A stretch of 64,000 nt of DNA from Octopus sinensis (Eukaryota), in NCBI RefSeq assembly GCF_006345805.1, contig NC_042997.1, forward strand, positions 154,938,001 to 155,002,000, in the 5' to 3' direction. A program made the position numbers and the translations under genes. Positions 1-10,970 of this stretch are shown here, piece by piece. Each line of letters opens with the position of its first letter. Positions within the stretch are counted from its first letter, which is position 1. Under the pieces are notes generated by a model. That model ran no database searches. It saw nothing but the letters and a program-made list of their open reading frames with translations, and was not told the origin of the DNA.

Positions 1-477
1 TCATCGAAGCTTATTCTGAGTTCTAACACCAGGTTATTAGCATCGTAATGTCTAAGTGATGTGTATATGTATATATATATATAATTAGAAAATGAAGTTT
101 TTCAGTGTTAACTATTCAAAAATTATTAGCTATTTTAAAAAGTTCTTTTATTTAACACAATGTCACTAATCTTTGTGGGAGACGTTTGTGTATAGTGTGT
201 ACTCTACGACTAGTGTGCATTTTGTGTGTGAGCGTTTTCGTTTTTCACGTCTTCAACGACACGTATTCCTTGCAAATGCATATACAGGTAGTTGCTTTTT
301 TGTAAAGGTGTTAACTAGTTCTAGTTTAGTTTCTTCTTTTTATATGTTTTATTGTAACAACTCACAACGTATTGTAATTATATATTCTTCTTTTGTCTTT
401 CGTAGTTGGTCATTCTTATCTTTTTTTTGTGTGTAAAAGGGGAAAATTTTAGTTAAATATGCTCCGATATATACTGG

Positions 478-1020
478 TATTCTTTTATTCTTTTACTTGT
501 TTCAGTCATTTGACTGCGGCCACGCTGGAGCACCGCCTTTAATCGAAGAAATCGATCCCGGGACTTATTCTTTGCAAGCCTAGTACTTTTGCCGGACCGC
601 TAAGTTACGGGGACGTAAACGCACCAACATCAGTTGTCAAGCGATGGTGTGGGGAACAAGCATAGACACACAAATACATACATACACACACACGCGCGCG
701 CGCGCGCACGCACATACATATATATATATATAAACAAAACAGAAAATGGAACAGGAACGTAACAGGTGACAACAAAACATTCGGACATTTAGACGATACA
801 AAAAAGGACAGGAGAAAACAAGGACGGGTCATTCGGAGCTTTCAATCTTCTGTCGAGTACCAGATCATCTTTGCAGTTTCAACATATATATACCTCAGGT
901 TATTTCAGTTTCTGCCTGCCAAATCCACTCACAAAATTTTAGTCTGCCTGAGGTCTATCCGAGGTGCTACGAAGTGGAACTGAATCCGGAACCATGTGGT
1001 TGGGAAGCAACTCCTGCGCC
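478..1020 (-). mobile_element. tRNA-derived SINE family A (CORE-like), interrupted by a ~170-bp insert in its internal microsatellite
   Basis: Reverse complement of the family consensus: tail TGACTGAAACAAGTAAAAGA at 478-515 and head ...AACCACATGGTTCCGGATTCAGTTCCAC at 970-1020. Same sequence as the copies at 13094, 32685 and 37372. Confidence 0.85.
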
Positions 1021-1040
1021 TATATATAGATATTATATAT

Positions 1041-1073
<33 letters not shown>

Positions 1074-1126
1074 GAAAAAACAAGTCAAAAATAGAAAATG
1101 CTAAAATAATTTTATAGTGAACATTT

Positions 1127-1164
1127 CAGTACCGGTTTCGGTCATTTTGAGACCTTTTCAACTG
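1127..1164 (-). ncRNA. Minimal type I hammerhead ribozyme-like motif (U3-A8 core) in Penelope pLTR
   Basis: Minus strand reads CAG UUGAAAA GGUC-UCAAAAU-GACC GAAAC-CG-GUA CUG: 3-bp stem I, 4-bp stem II, palindromic stem III (ACCGGU), GUA triplet. Confidence 0.6.
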
Positions 1165-1519
1165 TAACGATTAAATAATTAAATTTAGAAAAATTAGAAG
1201 AAAAGTTTTTTTAAAGGAATATTTCTATAGTAGTGTTCAGATATAAGTGGCATTCTGCCTTTCTCTGACTCCCTTGTTTGCACTTGTGTGTTGGAGGTCG
1301 TTGTGAGTTCTTGGTAGGGTAGTAGAGGAAGAAGGCTGATGAGGAAAGGGGGTGGGAAAATCTGGGAGTGCCCTGATGGTCGTATTTTGAATGGTCAGTG
1401 GCGGCTGGCAGTCGCAGTTCAATTCAGGAGAATATTTCTATTGAAAGGCTTGTTTATAGAATTTGCGTAGGTGTTATACTAAAAAACATTAGTGACAAAG
1501 TTAAGGTAGAAGTGGAGAA

Positions 1520-1735
1520 GAGAGAAGAAGAGAAGAAGAAGAAGAAGAAGAAGAAGAAGAAGAAGAAGAAGAATAAGAAGAAGAAGAAAGACGATGTTGA
1601 TGATGATGATGATGAAGAAGAAGAAGAAGAAGAAGAAGAGAATGAAGAAGAAGAAGAAGAAGGAGAAGGAGAAGAATGATGATGATGGTGTGTGTGATTA
1701 TGACGACGATGATGATGATAATGATGATGATGAAA
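1520..1735. repeat. (GAA)n/(GAT)n microsatellite inside the Penelope 3' region
   Basis: Directly visible; it is the source of the poly-K/E/D ORFs. Confidence 0.95.
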
Positions 1736-2440
1736 GAAAGAGAGAAGAAAAGAAAAAAACAGAGAAGGGAGAATATGAATGGTTAAAGTAGTGAGGTGTT
1801 GTATGACTTGAAGTTGGCATGTTATGGATTATAGCTGTGATTTTAGCTGTGATTAGTAATGGACTCCTTGGAATGTAACACTTGTGTGTGAATATTTCTT
1901 TCATTCTAAAGTTGAGGTATATTAATTGTTTGTCGTAGACCCGTTAAGAAGTGGCCTGTATTTTGTAATAAAGAGACTTTCTTTACTTATTCGTTGTCTC
2001 GAGGTTGTATCGTCCCTAAATTGGTAGAGGGGGAAAATCCTGAAGCTTGGTGTTTTTTTGTTGGCGCAAGTATCTATGTGTTGGCTAAAAGCTATTTTTC
2101 TGTTTTGGGGAATTTTTATCTGGGATCTGTGCAGGGCCATTCGTTTACGCAAACTATTTTTTTGTTTGGCCTATGTACTGCTCTTGACACCCGGAGCAGG
2201 TTAGTGAGTATATTAGGTTCTCCGAAGCACATGTGAAGTTGCTTTTCACTGTAAACCGTTGTCCCTGTTTGAAGGAGAACTCTGATCCCTCAATTAGATA
2301 GTCGCATATCCCGCAATTGGGTCTTCCACATTTTTTTACTGTCGGCTTCTGTGTTGAAGAGTGAATTCGGGCTTGTGTTAGGAGACTTTTCATGGATTTA
2401 GGCTGCCTCTTGCTTTTTATGATCGTGTATATATATATAT

Positions 2441-2972
2441 GTGCTGAAAAACTTCGTTGGAGAGATTCTTCTAACACGTTGTGAGTTGTTATAATAAAGA
2501 ATATAAAAAGAAGAAAAATCCACAGAATGTATGTATTTTTCATGAGATAAAATATTTACATAGTCAACCGGTCTTGTTTTTGCTAGTCATCACTAAGAAA
2601 TTAGACAAAATTTTACAATTTCATGGCTTCATAAGAAGTTTTTAGTCCATGCTAGTAGCAGAAAAATTGTTTTGTTAATGAATCAGTAGCTAAACAAATC
2701 TAAAGAGAGGTAATTAGTAATTGTTATTATTAACGGTAGGAGATGTAAGTATTCTTTCTTTGAAGGTGAATTGATAGTATTTGTATTACAAAGTTGTAAT
2801 TTATGAATCAAAATATGTAAAAAGTTGGTTATGCGTTTATGACGGTAAAATTGGTTATGTGTTCATATTCAGATACAGTTTGTATTTTTCCATAAATATA
2901 TTCTCTTTATTTAACCGCTGTTGTATAGAAATTGTTACCTTCCATTGGAAAATGAGGAAAACAGTGAGGTTT
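2441..2972 (-). mobile_element. Second, older Penelope-like 3' end
   Basis: Minus frame LTVFLIFQWKVTISIQQRLNKENIFMEKYKLYLN resembles the GIY-YIG C-terminus (QRISKESLFITKYRPLLN) of the neighbouring element. Confidence 0.55.
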
Positions 2973-2990
2973 GATTGGAGACATATATAC

Positions 2991-3044
<54 letters not shown>

Positions 3045-3198
3045 AGTATTGCCGGAACGTATTAAGAATAAATACGCAAGTCATCGTTATTTTTTATTTT
3101 ATTTAGTAAATATGTCTACTTGTATCTAGATTTCTTACAGTCATACACATCTGTACACAGTCATTCTTTCTCATATGCAATCATAGATACATACACGC

Positions 3199-3233
<35 letters not shown>

Positions 3234-3234
3234 A

Positions 3235-3278
<44 letters not shown>

Positions 3279-3854
3279 ATATTATATATATATATATATA
3301 TACATACATACATGTGCACAGCCATTCAGTCAGAAACTTGACACAGATAACAAGTAATTGACTTTCAGCCGAATATTATCTCCAATAATATTGCCACAAT
3401 TGTCAGCTTTGAGAATAAGTTGTTGTCCTTCTGGTCACAGTCATTGAAGTAAGTTATTTTATTGAAGGTAGAAGTGTGATCTTCATCTCACACTTGAATT
3501 CAACATGCAGGCGTTTGCTTCACACGATATGGATGGACATAACACCAACACACTAGATATGAATAAACAAGGAAAACAACGTCGAGAATTGTATTAGTGG
3601 TACTTTTAGAATAAACTGAAACTATAAATTTATGGGGTAGAACCTGATAACAACCTATACATTGCTGCAAAATCATATTCATCTTTAGATATATGAATAG
3701 AATGAAAATATACCGGAACGAACTTCATTCAAGTAACAGTTAATGATACGTAGGCACACGCTATTTCGTCATGCAACCGTAATATACCACGAAGTATATC
3801 AAACGTTTTTATAAGTCAAACTGTGTTCAATTGTGTTAGTAGTGCACTTAAATC

Positions 3855-4115
3855 ACTTGTTACGGTTATTTCTACAGATGTTCTAATGAAATTATAGCCA
3901 GCACTGATTTGTGTTACGATGTTTCGTATCCGAAACGTCTGATGTAAACAACAATGAGATCGAAGGTGAAAAATGGGTAATTAATGATTGTAATTTTTCA
4001 TCTTTGATCTCGTTATTGTTACTTACATCAGGTGACTCGGATACGAAACATCGTAACAAAATCAGTGCTGACTATAAGTTCTATAGAAAAATCTGTAAAG
4101 ATAGCCATAACAAGT
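3855..4115. repeat. Imperfect ~260-bp fold-back (inverted repeat), probably an old MITE
   Basis: Arms of ~120 bp, e.g. TGTTACGATGTTTCGTATCCGA vs TCGGATACGAAACATCGTAACA, with a short central loop. Confidence 0.8.
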
Positions 4116-4567
4116 CAGGCAACAGTATTTCCCAGCAACTCCACCAAGTAATATTGTAGAAGCAAGATAAAGGTTAATGACTGCAATTTTGCTCCTAAAT
4201 TGATTATTGTAATATTATTCCCAAATGTATGAATAGCGCGAAAATAACATAATGCAAGCATTATTCTAGTTCAGAGAAACTTATAACAAGGGTGACACTG
4301 CATATCACAAGAGACCAAAGAAGCTACTTTTTGACCTCGTAATAAGGCTGACCATCCACCTCAAAGTGTCAGTGATTATTGCAGTAATAACGATAATAAG
4401 AGTCGTGAAGTATATTTGCCACTTAAATGTGGCTAACCCTTAAGGGTGGATGCTACTGTAGCTTGTAGCCCCAGCAGGACACCTCCTCCAGCTGGCTATT
4501 GACACACTTTCTGTGCCCTGTCAGTATTTGCAAAGGGAAGCCATCCTTCCCATCTTCAACCTGTATA

Positions 4568-4612
4568 CACACGGACTCGAGTTTCTGGGTATTGATCCGT
4601 CATCAGCGTGTG
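4568..4612 (-). ncRNA. Type I hammerhead ribozyme motif (canonical core, decayed stem II)
   Basis: Minus strand reads (UGC) CACACG CUGAUGA CGGA-UCAAUA-CCCA GAAAC-UCGA-GUC CGUGUG: perfect 6-bp stem I, canonical core, palindromic stem III, GUC triplet, two mismatches in stem II. Confidence 0.75.
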
Positions 4613-4624
4613 GCAATCACTGGT

Positions 4625-6543
4625 TATTTCTTTATTATAGGCACGGGGCCTTATATATAGAAGGAACATACAACTGACATGCGGGGACATAAAGACGAAT
4701 GAAAAATGATATATGAAATGAACATAAATATGATGCAAATGAGACGGCCACCTTGCCCCCACTGCGAGATGAACCGTCAATACCTTTGCAATATATTCTA
4801 CAATTAGACTTTACGATTAAACATACAATTAAGCTTCACAATTAACTTAACAATTAGACTTTACAGTTGACTTTAAAATACCTCTAGTTTCACTACAATG
4901 CGAAACTGTGACCTTTCCTTTCATTTTTTCCTTTAATTTAACCGTTCATATGTGTCCTTTTACCACAGAAAATTAAACTTTTTTCTTTCTTATTTTTTAC
5001 AACTTTTAATACCTGTCCATTCATCAGTTCTTTTTTCATTATTTTCTTTTTGTTTAATATAATTTACAATGTTCATGTTCTTTTTTTCCGTTGTTTTTCC
5101 ACAAATTTATCATACTTACCTTTTTTTCATCCTATCTGGTGTTCTTTTTCTTCATGTTTCTCTTTTCTTCGATGTTTTTTTTTTCCATTCCCTTCTAGTT
5201 TTCCGCTCCACTGTAATTCGACTGTCTGTATTTTTTCGCATTCTTGCTTGTCTGTATCTTTATCCGACTGCAATTCCTCACCTTTCTTCTGCACACCTTT
5301 GTCATACACCTCCTGGTTCTGCTGCTCGATTTCCTCGTCGCCTTGCATCTCCACCTCCTCTTCTGATATCTCTGTTATTAGTTCTTCTACGTTTTCTATT
5401 TCTTGTTGCATTCCTTCTTCCATACTCTTGCACTTTTTTGTTTCTGCTGTTATCGGTGACTTCTTTCTTTCACTCTTCCTGCTTTTTGTCTCTTCTAGTC
5501 TTTCTTTTTCTGCCAGTTCTCTTTCCCTTTGTTCTTCCATTATTTCTTCTTGTATTTCTCTTGTTATCTCCTCAACTGATTTACAACATTTTTTATTTTG
5601 TGCCCTCTTAGGCCGTACCTGTAACACCTTGGTGGCCTTCCTGTAAGAATTATTTCCAGCATCTCTCCTGTCGGCATCTCTATCGCTTCGTGCACTTCCT
5701 TATAATATTCTGGGGATCTTTTCGGTTTGAACAGCAGTTTTTAACATAATTTCTAGGTAAATAAGAAATTTTAAACTTCGTATACTGGTAGAATGTGTTT
5801 ATAAAACATCTTTTTCTCTTGGCTTTATTGAGAAAATTCTATAGTTTGTAAGATATTTGTTGTTGTTTTTTTCTTCAATTTCTGCAATTTCAACCAATCA
5901 GTGACGTCTATTGAGGTAAAAAACATTCTGTGCCGTATGAATATTCCCTCGTTTAAGAAACAGGTTGGGTTTATTTACATTTGTGAAGAAAAAAAAGATA
6001 CCCTTCCCCCCACCCCTAACCCTAACCCTAAAACAGATTTAAATGCAATAGATCAATACTAGGGCCATAATTATGGGTGACAATTTCATATGACACCGCT
6101 AGAAAAAAATGCCGTTCAAACCGAAAAGATCCTATTCTGGGGCTATGGCTCCGATTATTTCGGCATTCGGTTCTGCTTACTAACTGAATCTCTGGGCTTC
6201 CTTTTTGCAGCTTCGAACCAAAAATGGCCACCATTACCCAATCAGGTTCTATCATTGGAGGTACTCTTCCAACTCTAATTTTTATCAATGTCTTCCCTGG
6301 AGTGCTAGGCAATAGCGACCATTTCTTCCCTTCTATCACCTTTTTTACAATTTGTCGCTGCATCTTCTTCATTTTCGAATATGGCTGCCACTGTCCCGTA
6401 TTCCTTTCCTCTATCGAGGAAGGTTATTTTCTCTTCAATGCTGCTCGTAATTAGTTTTTCTATTTCCTCCTCTGGAGCTCTCTCTACTCTTCTATTTTCG
6501 TTCGTAAAAGTTCGAAAGATTACAGTCTTCTTCTCAATTTTCT
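4625..6543 (-). mobile_element. L1/Tx1-like LINE derivative carrying a decayed gag-like ORF1 and a 3' tail but no ORF2
   Basis: Minus frames give KKTVIFRTFTNE...GKTLIKIRVGRVPPMIEPDWVMVAIFG. After removing the MITE they continue IEMPTGEMLEIILTGRPPRCYRYGLRGHKIKN (degenerate CX2CX4H knuckle), then an E/K-rich tract (5127-5627). The 3' end reads GGCCCCGTGCCTATAATAAAGAAATA at 4625. Confidence 0.65.
5714..6132. mobile_element. MITE with GG-starting TIRs and 8-bp TSD (Merlin-like), nested in the LINE ORF1
   Basis: Left TIR GGATCTTTTCGGTTTGAACAGCAGTTTTT; reverse complement of right TIR GGATCTTTTCGGTTTGAACGGCATTTTTT. Perfect TSD TATTCTGG at 5706-5713 and 6133-6140. Confidence 0.88.
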
Positions 6544-6544
6544 T

Positions 6545-6771
6545 CATCTCTTCTTTACCAACGTAAATTTATATTCATGAGGGTTTTCATCATAGAAGGC
6601 AGACCAGCACGCGCAGGATCTATTCATTCCTGATCTTGTCAAAGAAATGATATTCATAATTCGTCGCAGCTTTCTCCTCATATATGCATGTAGCTTGTCT
6701 ATTTGAGCTTTATAGACTGCCCAAGTTTTAAAATGTATAACATACAATAATAATGTTTTTAAACGGAACAC
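6545..6771 (-). mobile_element. RTE (BovB-like) LINE RT C-terminal fragment
   Basis: KTLLLYVIHFKTWAVYKAQIDKLHAYMRRKLRRIMNI resembles the RTE pattern LLYGSETWT.Y....KL......LR.I..I. Confidence 0.6.
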
Positions 6772-7791
6772 AAGGTCACAAATTTAGCCGAAGGTACATT
6801 TGATTAGATCGAATCTAATATTAGGCTGGGTTTTATTTTATCGAATTCGGCAGAATAAAAGGTAAAGACGGAATTAAAGACCAAAGTATAAAGATTGATT
6901 TCTTAAGGCTTCGAATATAATGTGAGTGTACGCATTTGATTACATCAAATGCAATGTTTATGTGATTGACCGCGGAAGGATGAAAAACAAAGGCTGTCTC
7001 GAAGGTACTTGAGCGCAAAATAACGAAATAACTCATAATAAAGACACATTATAAAGTATTTTGTTCTATTTATCACAATAACGATTTCTGATATAGGCAC
7101 AGGGCCAACAATTTTGAGAGGGGTTCAGCCAATTACTTGACTGGTAACTCATGTTATCTATCCTGAAAAGATAAAAATCAAAGGCATTCTCGACAGTATT
7201 TGTAAATAAATGATACTAATCACTGATTTCAAATTTTGACTCAAGGCCAGCAACTTTGAGGGACGATTACATCGGCCCTAGTGCTCGACTAGTTCTTATT
7301 TTATCAACTCCGGAAGAATGAAAGTCAAAATCGACCTCGGCGGAATTTGAACTCAGAACTTTAAGACGGACGAAATGCCACTATACATTTTGCCCGGTGC
7401 GCTAATGATTCAGCCATCTCACCGACTTAGTGATGCTAAATTTTGGCACAAGGCCAACAGGTTCAGGGCAGTGAGTAAGCCGAATACATCGACCTCGGTA
7501 CTTAACTGGAACTTATTTTATCCACCCCGAAATGATAAAAGGCAAAGTCAACCTCGGTGGAATGATGCTAAATATTACAAGACACTTTGTTTGCCATTCA
7601 TTTTTTTTTTCTTCGAATAATAACCAAAAGTCATATATAGTCTAAAAGCCAGTCTTCTCTGTGTGGATGATTTCAAACTAAAAATACAAGACCCAGAACA
7701 AAAATGGTCAACTTACATTAATTTATCAATGGCATCAAAATAAGTAGAAGAAAAATGTTTCAAAGATACACGAAGAAGATACAAATTCATT

Positions 7792-8005
7792 CTTTTCTAC
7801 TCTAGAAACAAGACCCGAAGCTTTTGGGGATGGGGCCAGTCGATTAGATCTACCCCAGTACGCAACTGGTACTTAATTTATTGATCCCGGAAGGATGAAA
7901 GGCAAAGTCGACCTCGGCGGAATTTGAACTTAGAACGTAAAGACAGACGAAATATCACTAAGCATTTCGCCCGGCATGCTAACGTTTCTGCCAGCTCGCC
8001 GCCTT
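7792..8005 (-). mobile_element. tRNA-derived SINE family B (tail type A)
   Basis: Reverse complement of GGCGGCGAGCTGGCAGAAACGTTAGCA...GTTCAAATTCCGCCGAGGTCGACTTTGCCTTTCATCCTT...AAGTACCAG, flanked by a degenerate TSD GAAGA(T/C)(A/G)CAAATT(C/T)ATT. Further partial copies lie at ~7090-7560 and 8190-8440. Confidence 0.88.
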
Positions 8006-8538
8006 GAAGACGCAAATTTATTAAAACTTTAAATAGTTTTATACTGAAACTGCAATTAAAGGATTTTTAACAAATCAACCCATATAAATGCAAATGAATA
8101 AATGAAACTGATAAAATTCAGCGTAAAGAATTGAGAAAATTAGAAAAGTGTACTGCAGAAGAATCAAACTAATATTAAAACTCGACCTGGCATATGTTCC
8201 GTCTTTACGTTCTGAGTTTACATTCTGCCGAAGTCGACTTTGTCTTTCGTCCTTCAAAGAGGTGAGCCGGGTAAAATGCTTAGTGGCATTCCGTCTGTCT
8301 TGTCTTCATGTTCTTAGTTCAAATTTCTCCGAGGTCGAATTTGCCTTTCATCCTTTCGGAGTCGATAAATAAGCACCAGTTGAAAAGTGGAATCAATCTG
8401 ATAGACTAATCCCCTGCCCCGAAATTACTGGCCTTCTGCTGTCTTTAATTATAAGTCTGTTTTATCAAGGCAGACCTGACATGTAGCAACAACGAATACC
8501 AGCTCAGTGTAAAAATGAAAAAAAAAGGATTATAGATA

Positions 8539-8935
8539 GGCACAGATGTGGAAAGAAGCTTGCTTTCCAACTACAAGGTTCCGGGTTCAGTTCCACTGCG
8601 TGGCACCTTGAGCAAGTGTCTTCTACAATAGCTGTAGGCCAACCAAAGCGCTGTGGGTGGATTTGGTAGATGAAAAGTGAAATCCCGTCATGTATGTGTG
8701 CGTGGGTGATTGGGTGTGTGTGTGTTTGTTTGTTTTTTTGTGTGTCCGTCTGTTTTTGTCACCCACACACCGCCTGGTAACCGGCGTTGGTGTGTTTACG
8801 TTTCCATAACTTATCGGCAAAAGAAACCGATAGAATAAGTACTAAGTTTATAAAAATAAGTCCTGGGGTCGACTAAAACCTTTCAAGGCGGTGCACCAGC
8901 ATGGACGCAATGAAAAGACTGAAGCAGTTAAAAAG
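8539..8935 (+). mobile_element. SINE family A
   Basis: Head GGTTCCGGGTTCAGTTCCACTGCGTGGCACCTTGAGCAAGTGTCTT, internal GT microsatellite, tail GACTGAAGCAGTTAAAAAG. Confidence 0.85.
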
Positions 8936-9354
8936 AAAACCAAAGAAGATATAAATACCTGAGTAACTGTAGTCATTCACAACAGCGTCGGTATCAAAAA
9001 TTCGATGTTATGCAAGGAGAAAAACCCAGATATGAATGCCAGAAAACTGCATTCCGAACCCACCATTCAAAATCTGATACAGACAAGATATACAAGCCAC
9101 ATACACGGATACGAAGTAAAGAAAGAGCCAGTACGTGCTGGTTAGTTCTGCTTAATTTAACACTCAAATCTCCTTAAAATCACATCCCTCTGTCTTAAGG
9201 AAAGAACGACATTTTGAATCATGTAGATCTAGAGATATTGTCTTTATCTCTAGTTATTTATCTGGCGATAAAGACAAGGAAACGAAATAACAAAAGCAGG
9301 TATGACGTAGACTAATGAAAATAAAGAAATGGTACAAAGTAAAGACAGTATCAA

Positions 9355-9636
9355 GATATATATATATATACTTATATATATATACATATATATATACATA
9401 CATATATATATATATATATACATATATATACATATATATATACATTTATATATACATATATATATACAATATATATATACATACATATATATATATACAT
9501 ATATATATACATATATATATATATACATATATACATATATATACATATATATACATACATATATATATACATATATATATATACAATATATATACATATA
9601 ATATATATATATATACATACATATATATACATATAT

Positions 9637-9668
<32 letters not shown>

Positions 9669-9674
9669 CATATG

Positions 9675-9708
<34 letters not shown>

Positions 9709-9727
9709 ATACATATATATATATATA

Positions 9728-9768
<41 letters not shown>

Positions 9769-9801
9769 CATACATATATATATATATATATCTATATATA
9801 T

Positions 9802-9835
<34 letters not shown>

Positions 9836-9836
9836 A
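9355..9836. repeat. ~480-bp (TA)n/(TACA) microsatellite
   Basis: Directly visible; it generates the spurious YI-repeat ORFs. Confidence 0.97.
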
Positions 9837-10574
9837 ACGAATGTATATATTTTTCTATGTTTAAAGAAATAATAAAATACAAACTACATATAGAAAAAAC
9901 AAAAGAAAAGGTGAAAATAAAAGCAATATGTGAAATCAAAGCGAAATTTCATAATATACTAAGGAAAAAAAATGGACAGAAACATATCTGTGTAGTCAGT
10001 TTCCCGAAAGACTAGACACTGAAACACTGTGTTAATATGGAGGCTAACAGTGACTGCAAATAAAATAATAAAACATTAATACCAACGGCAGTGTGAGCAA
10101 TAAAGAAGCATTTGACTGCAACATTTCTAGCTAACAAATTCTCGCAGAAGCAGCCTATCTACAGTCTGGGCAATAAATAAGCTTGTATTTCTACATTAAA
10201 ACTGAAAATATAAGGTATCAATAAGCAATAACTTCAGTTAGTAATAATGACATGACTACGGCACTCTGGTACATGTCTCTGCAGACTAATAATAAGTTCT
10301 AACTTTTTGTTATCTTGTATTTCTGATGCTGGTTGTTCATGTTGAGAATATTGGTTTTAAACTTTAGTACGAGGCCAGCAATCTCAAGGGTGTGGGTGAG
10401 TCGATTACATCGCTCCAAGTGTTCGACTGGTATTTATTTTTATCGACTCCGAAAGGATGATACGCAAATGCGACCTCGACGTAATTTGAACTCAGAGCAT
10501 ACGAAATGCCGCTAAGCATTTTGCCTCGTGTGTAGCTTTCTGCCTTAGTTATGATGTTAATATCCTCAGTTGGA

Positions 10575-10970
10575 AGGCAGTGAACTGGCAGAAACGTTAG
10601 CACGCCGGGCGAAATACCTAGCGGTATTTCGTCTGCTGTTACGTTTTGAGTTCAAATTCCGCCGAGGTCGACTTTGCCTTTCATCCTTTCGGGGTCGATA
10701 AATTAAGTACCAGCTACGCACTGGGTCGATATAATCGACTTAATACCTATGTCTGTCCTTTTTTGTCCCCTCTATGTTTAGCCCCTTGTGGGTAATAAAG
10801 AAATAGGTATTTCGTCTGCCGTTACGTTCTGAGTTCAAATTCCGCCGAGGTCGACTTTGCCTTTCATCCTTTCAGGGTCGATAAATTATGTACCAGCTGT
10901 GTACTGGAGTCGATCTAATCGACTGGCCCCCTCACCAAAAATTTCGGGCCTTGTGCATAGAGTAGAACAG
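10575..10970 (+). mobile_element. Dimeric SINE family B (unit with tail B + unit with tail A) inside one TSD
   Basis: TSD AATAT(C/T)CTCAGTTGGA at 10559-10574 and 10971-10986; internal junction TAATAAAGAAATA|GGTATTTCG at 10805/10806. Additional copies lie at ~10350-10530 (-) and ~10990-11200 (+). Confidence 0.88.

Larger units (their letters stand above)
1075..2427 (-). mobile_element. Penelope-like element 3' portion (GIY-YIG endonuclease + long 3' pLTR), 5'-truncated and frameshifted
   Basis: Encodes KKCGRPNCGICDYL...FTCASENLIYSLTCSGCQEQYIGQTK and RKRMALHRSQIK...FSQHIDTC...KESLFITKYRPLLN (GIY-YIG). Homologous to 20150-20610. Both ends abut (TA)n, and an HHR-like motif lies near the 3' end. 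Confidence 0.9.

Noticed and set aside
225-262. Hammerhead-like remnant on minus (UUGAAGA CGU-GAAAA-ACG AAAA)
   Set aside because: GAAA and stem III cannot be placed together with stem II, so it is too degenerate to call.
1398-1791. Poly-K/E/D ORFs
   Set aside because: They come from (GAA)n/(GAT)n repeats inside a Penelope 3' region.
9250-9939. Many 60-137-aa ORFs rich in Y/I, C/V or H/T (also at 13877-14170, 42087-42459, 46507-47031, 50225-51034)
   Set aside because: They are translations of TA/CA/TACA microsatellites, not genes.
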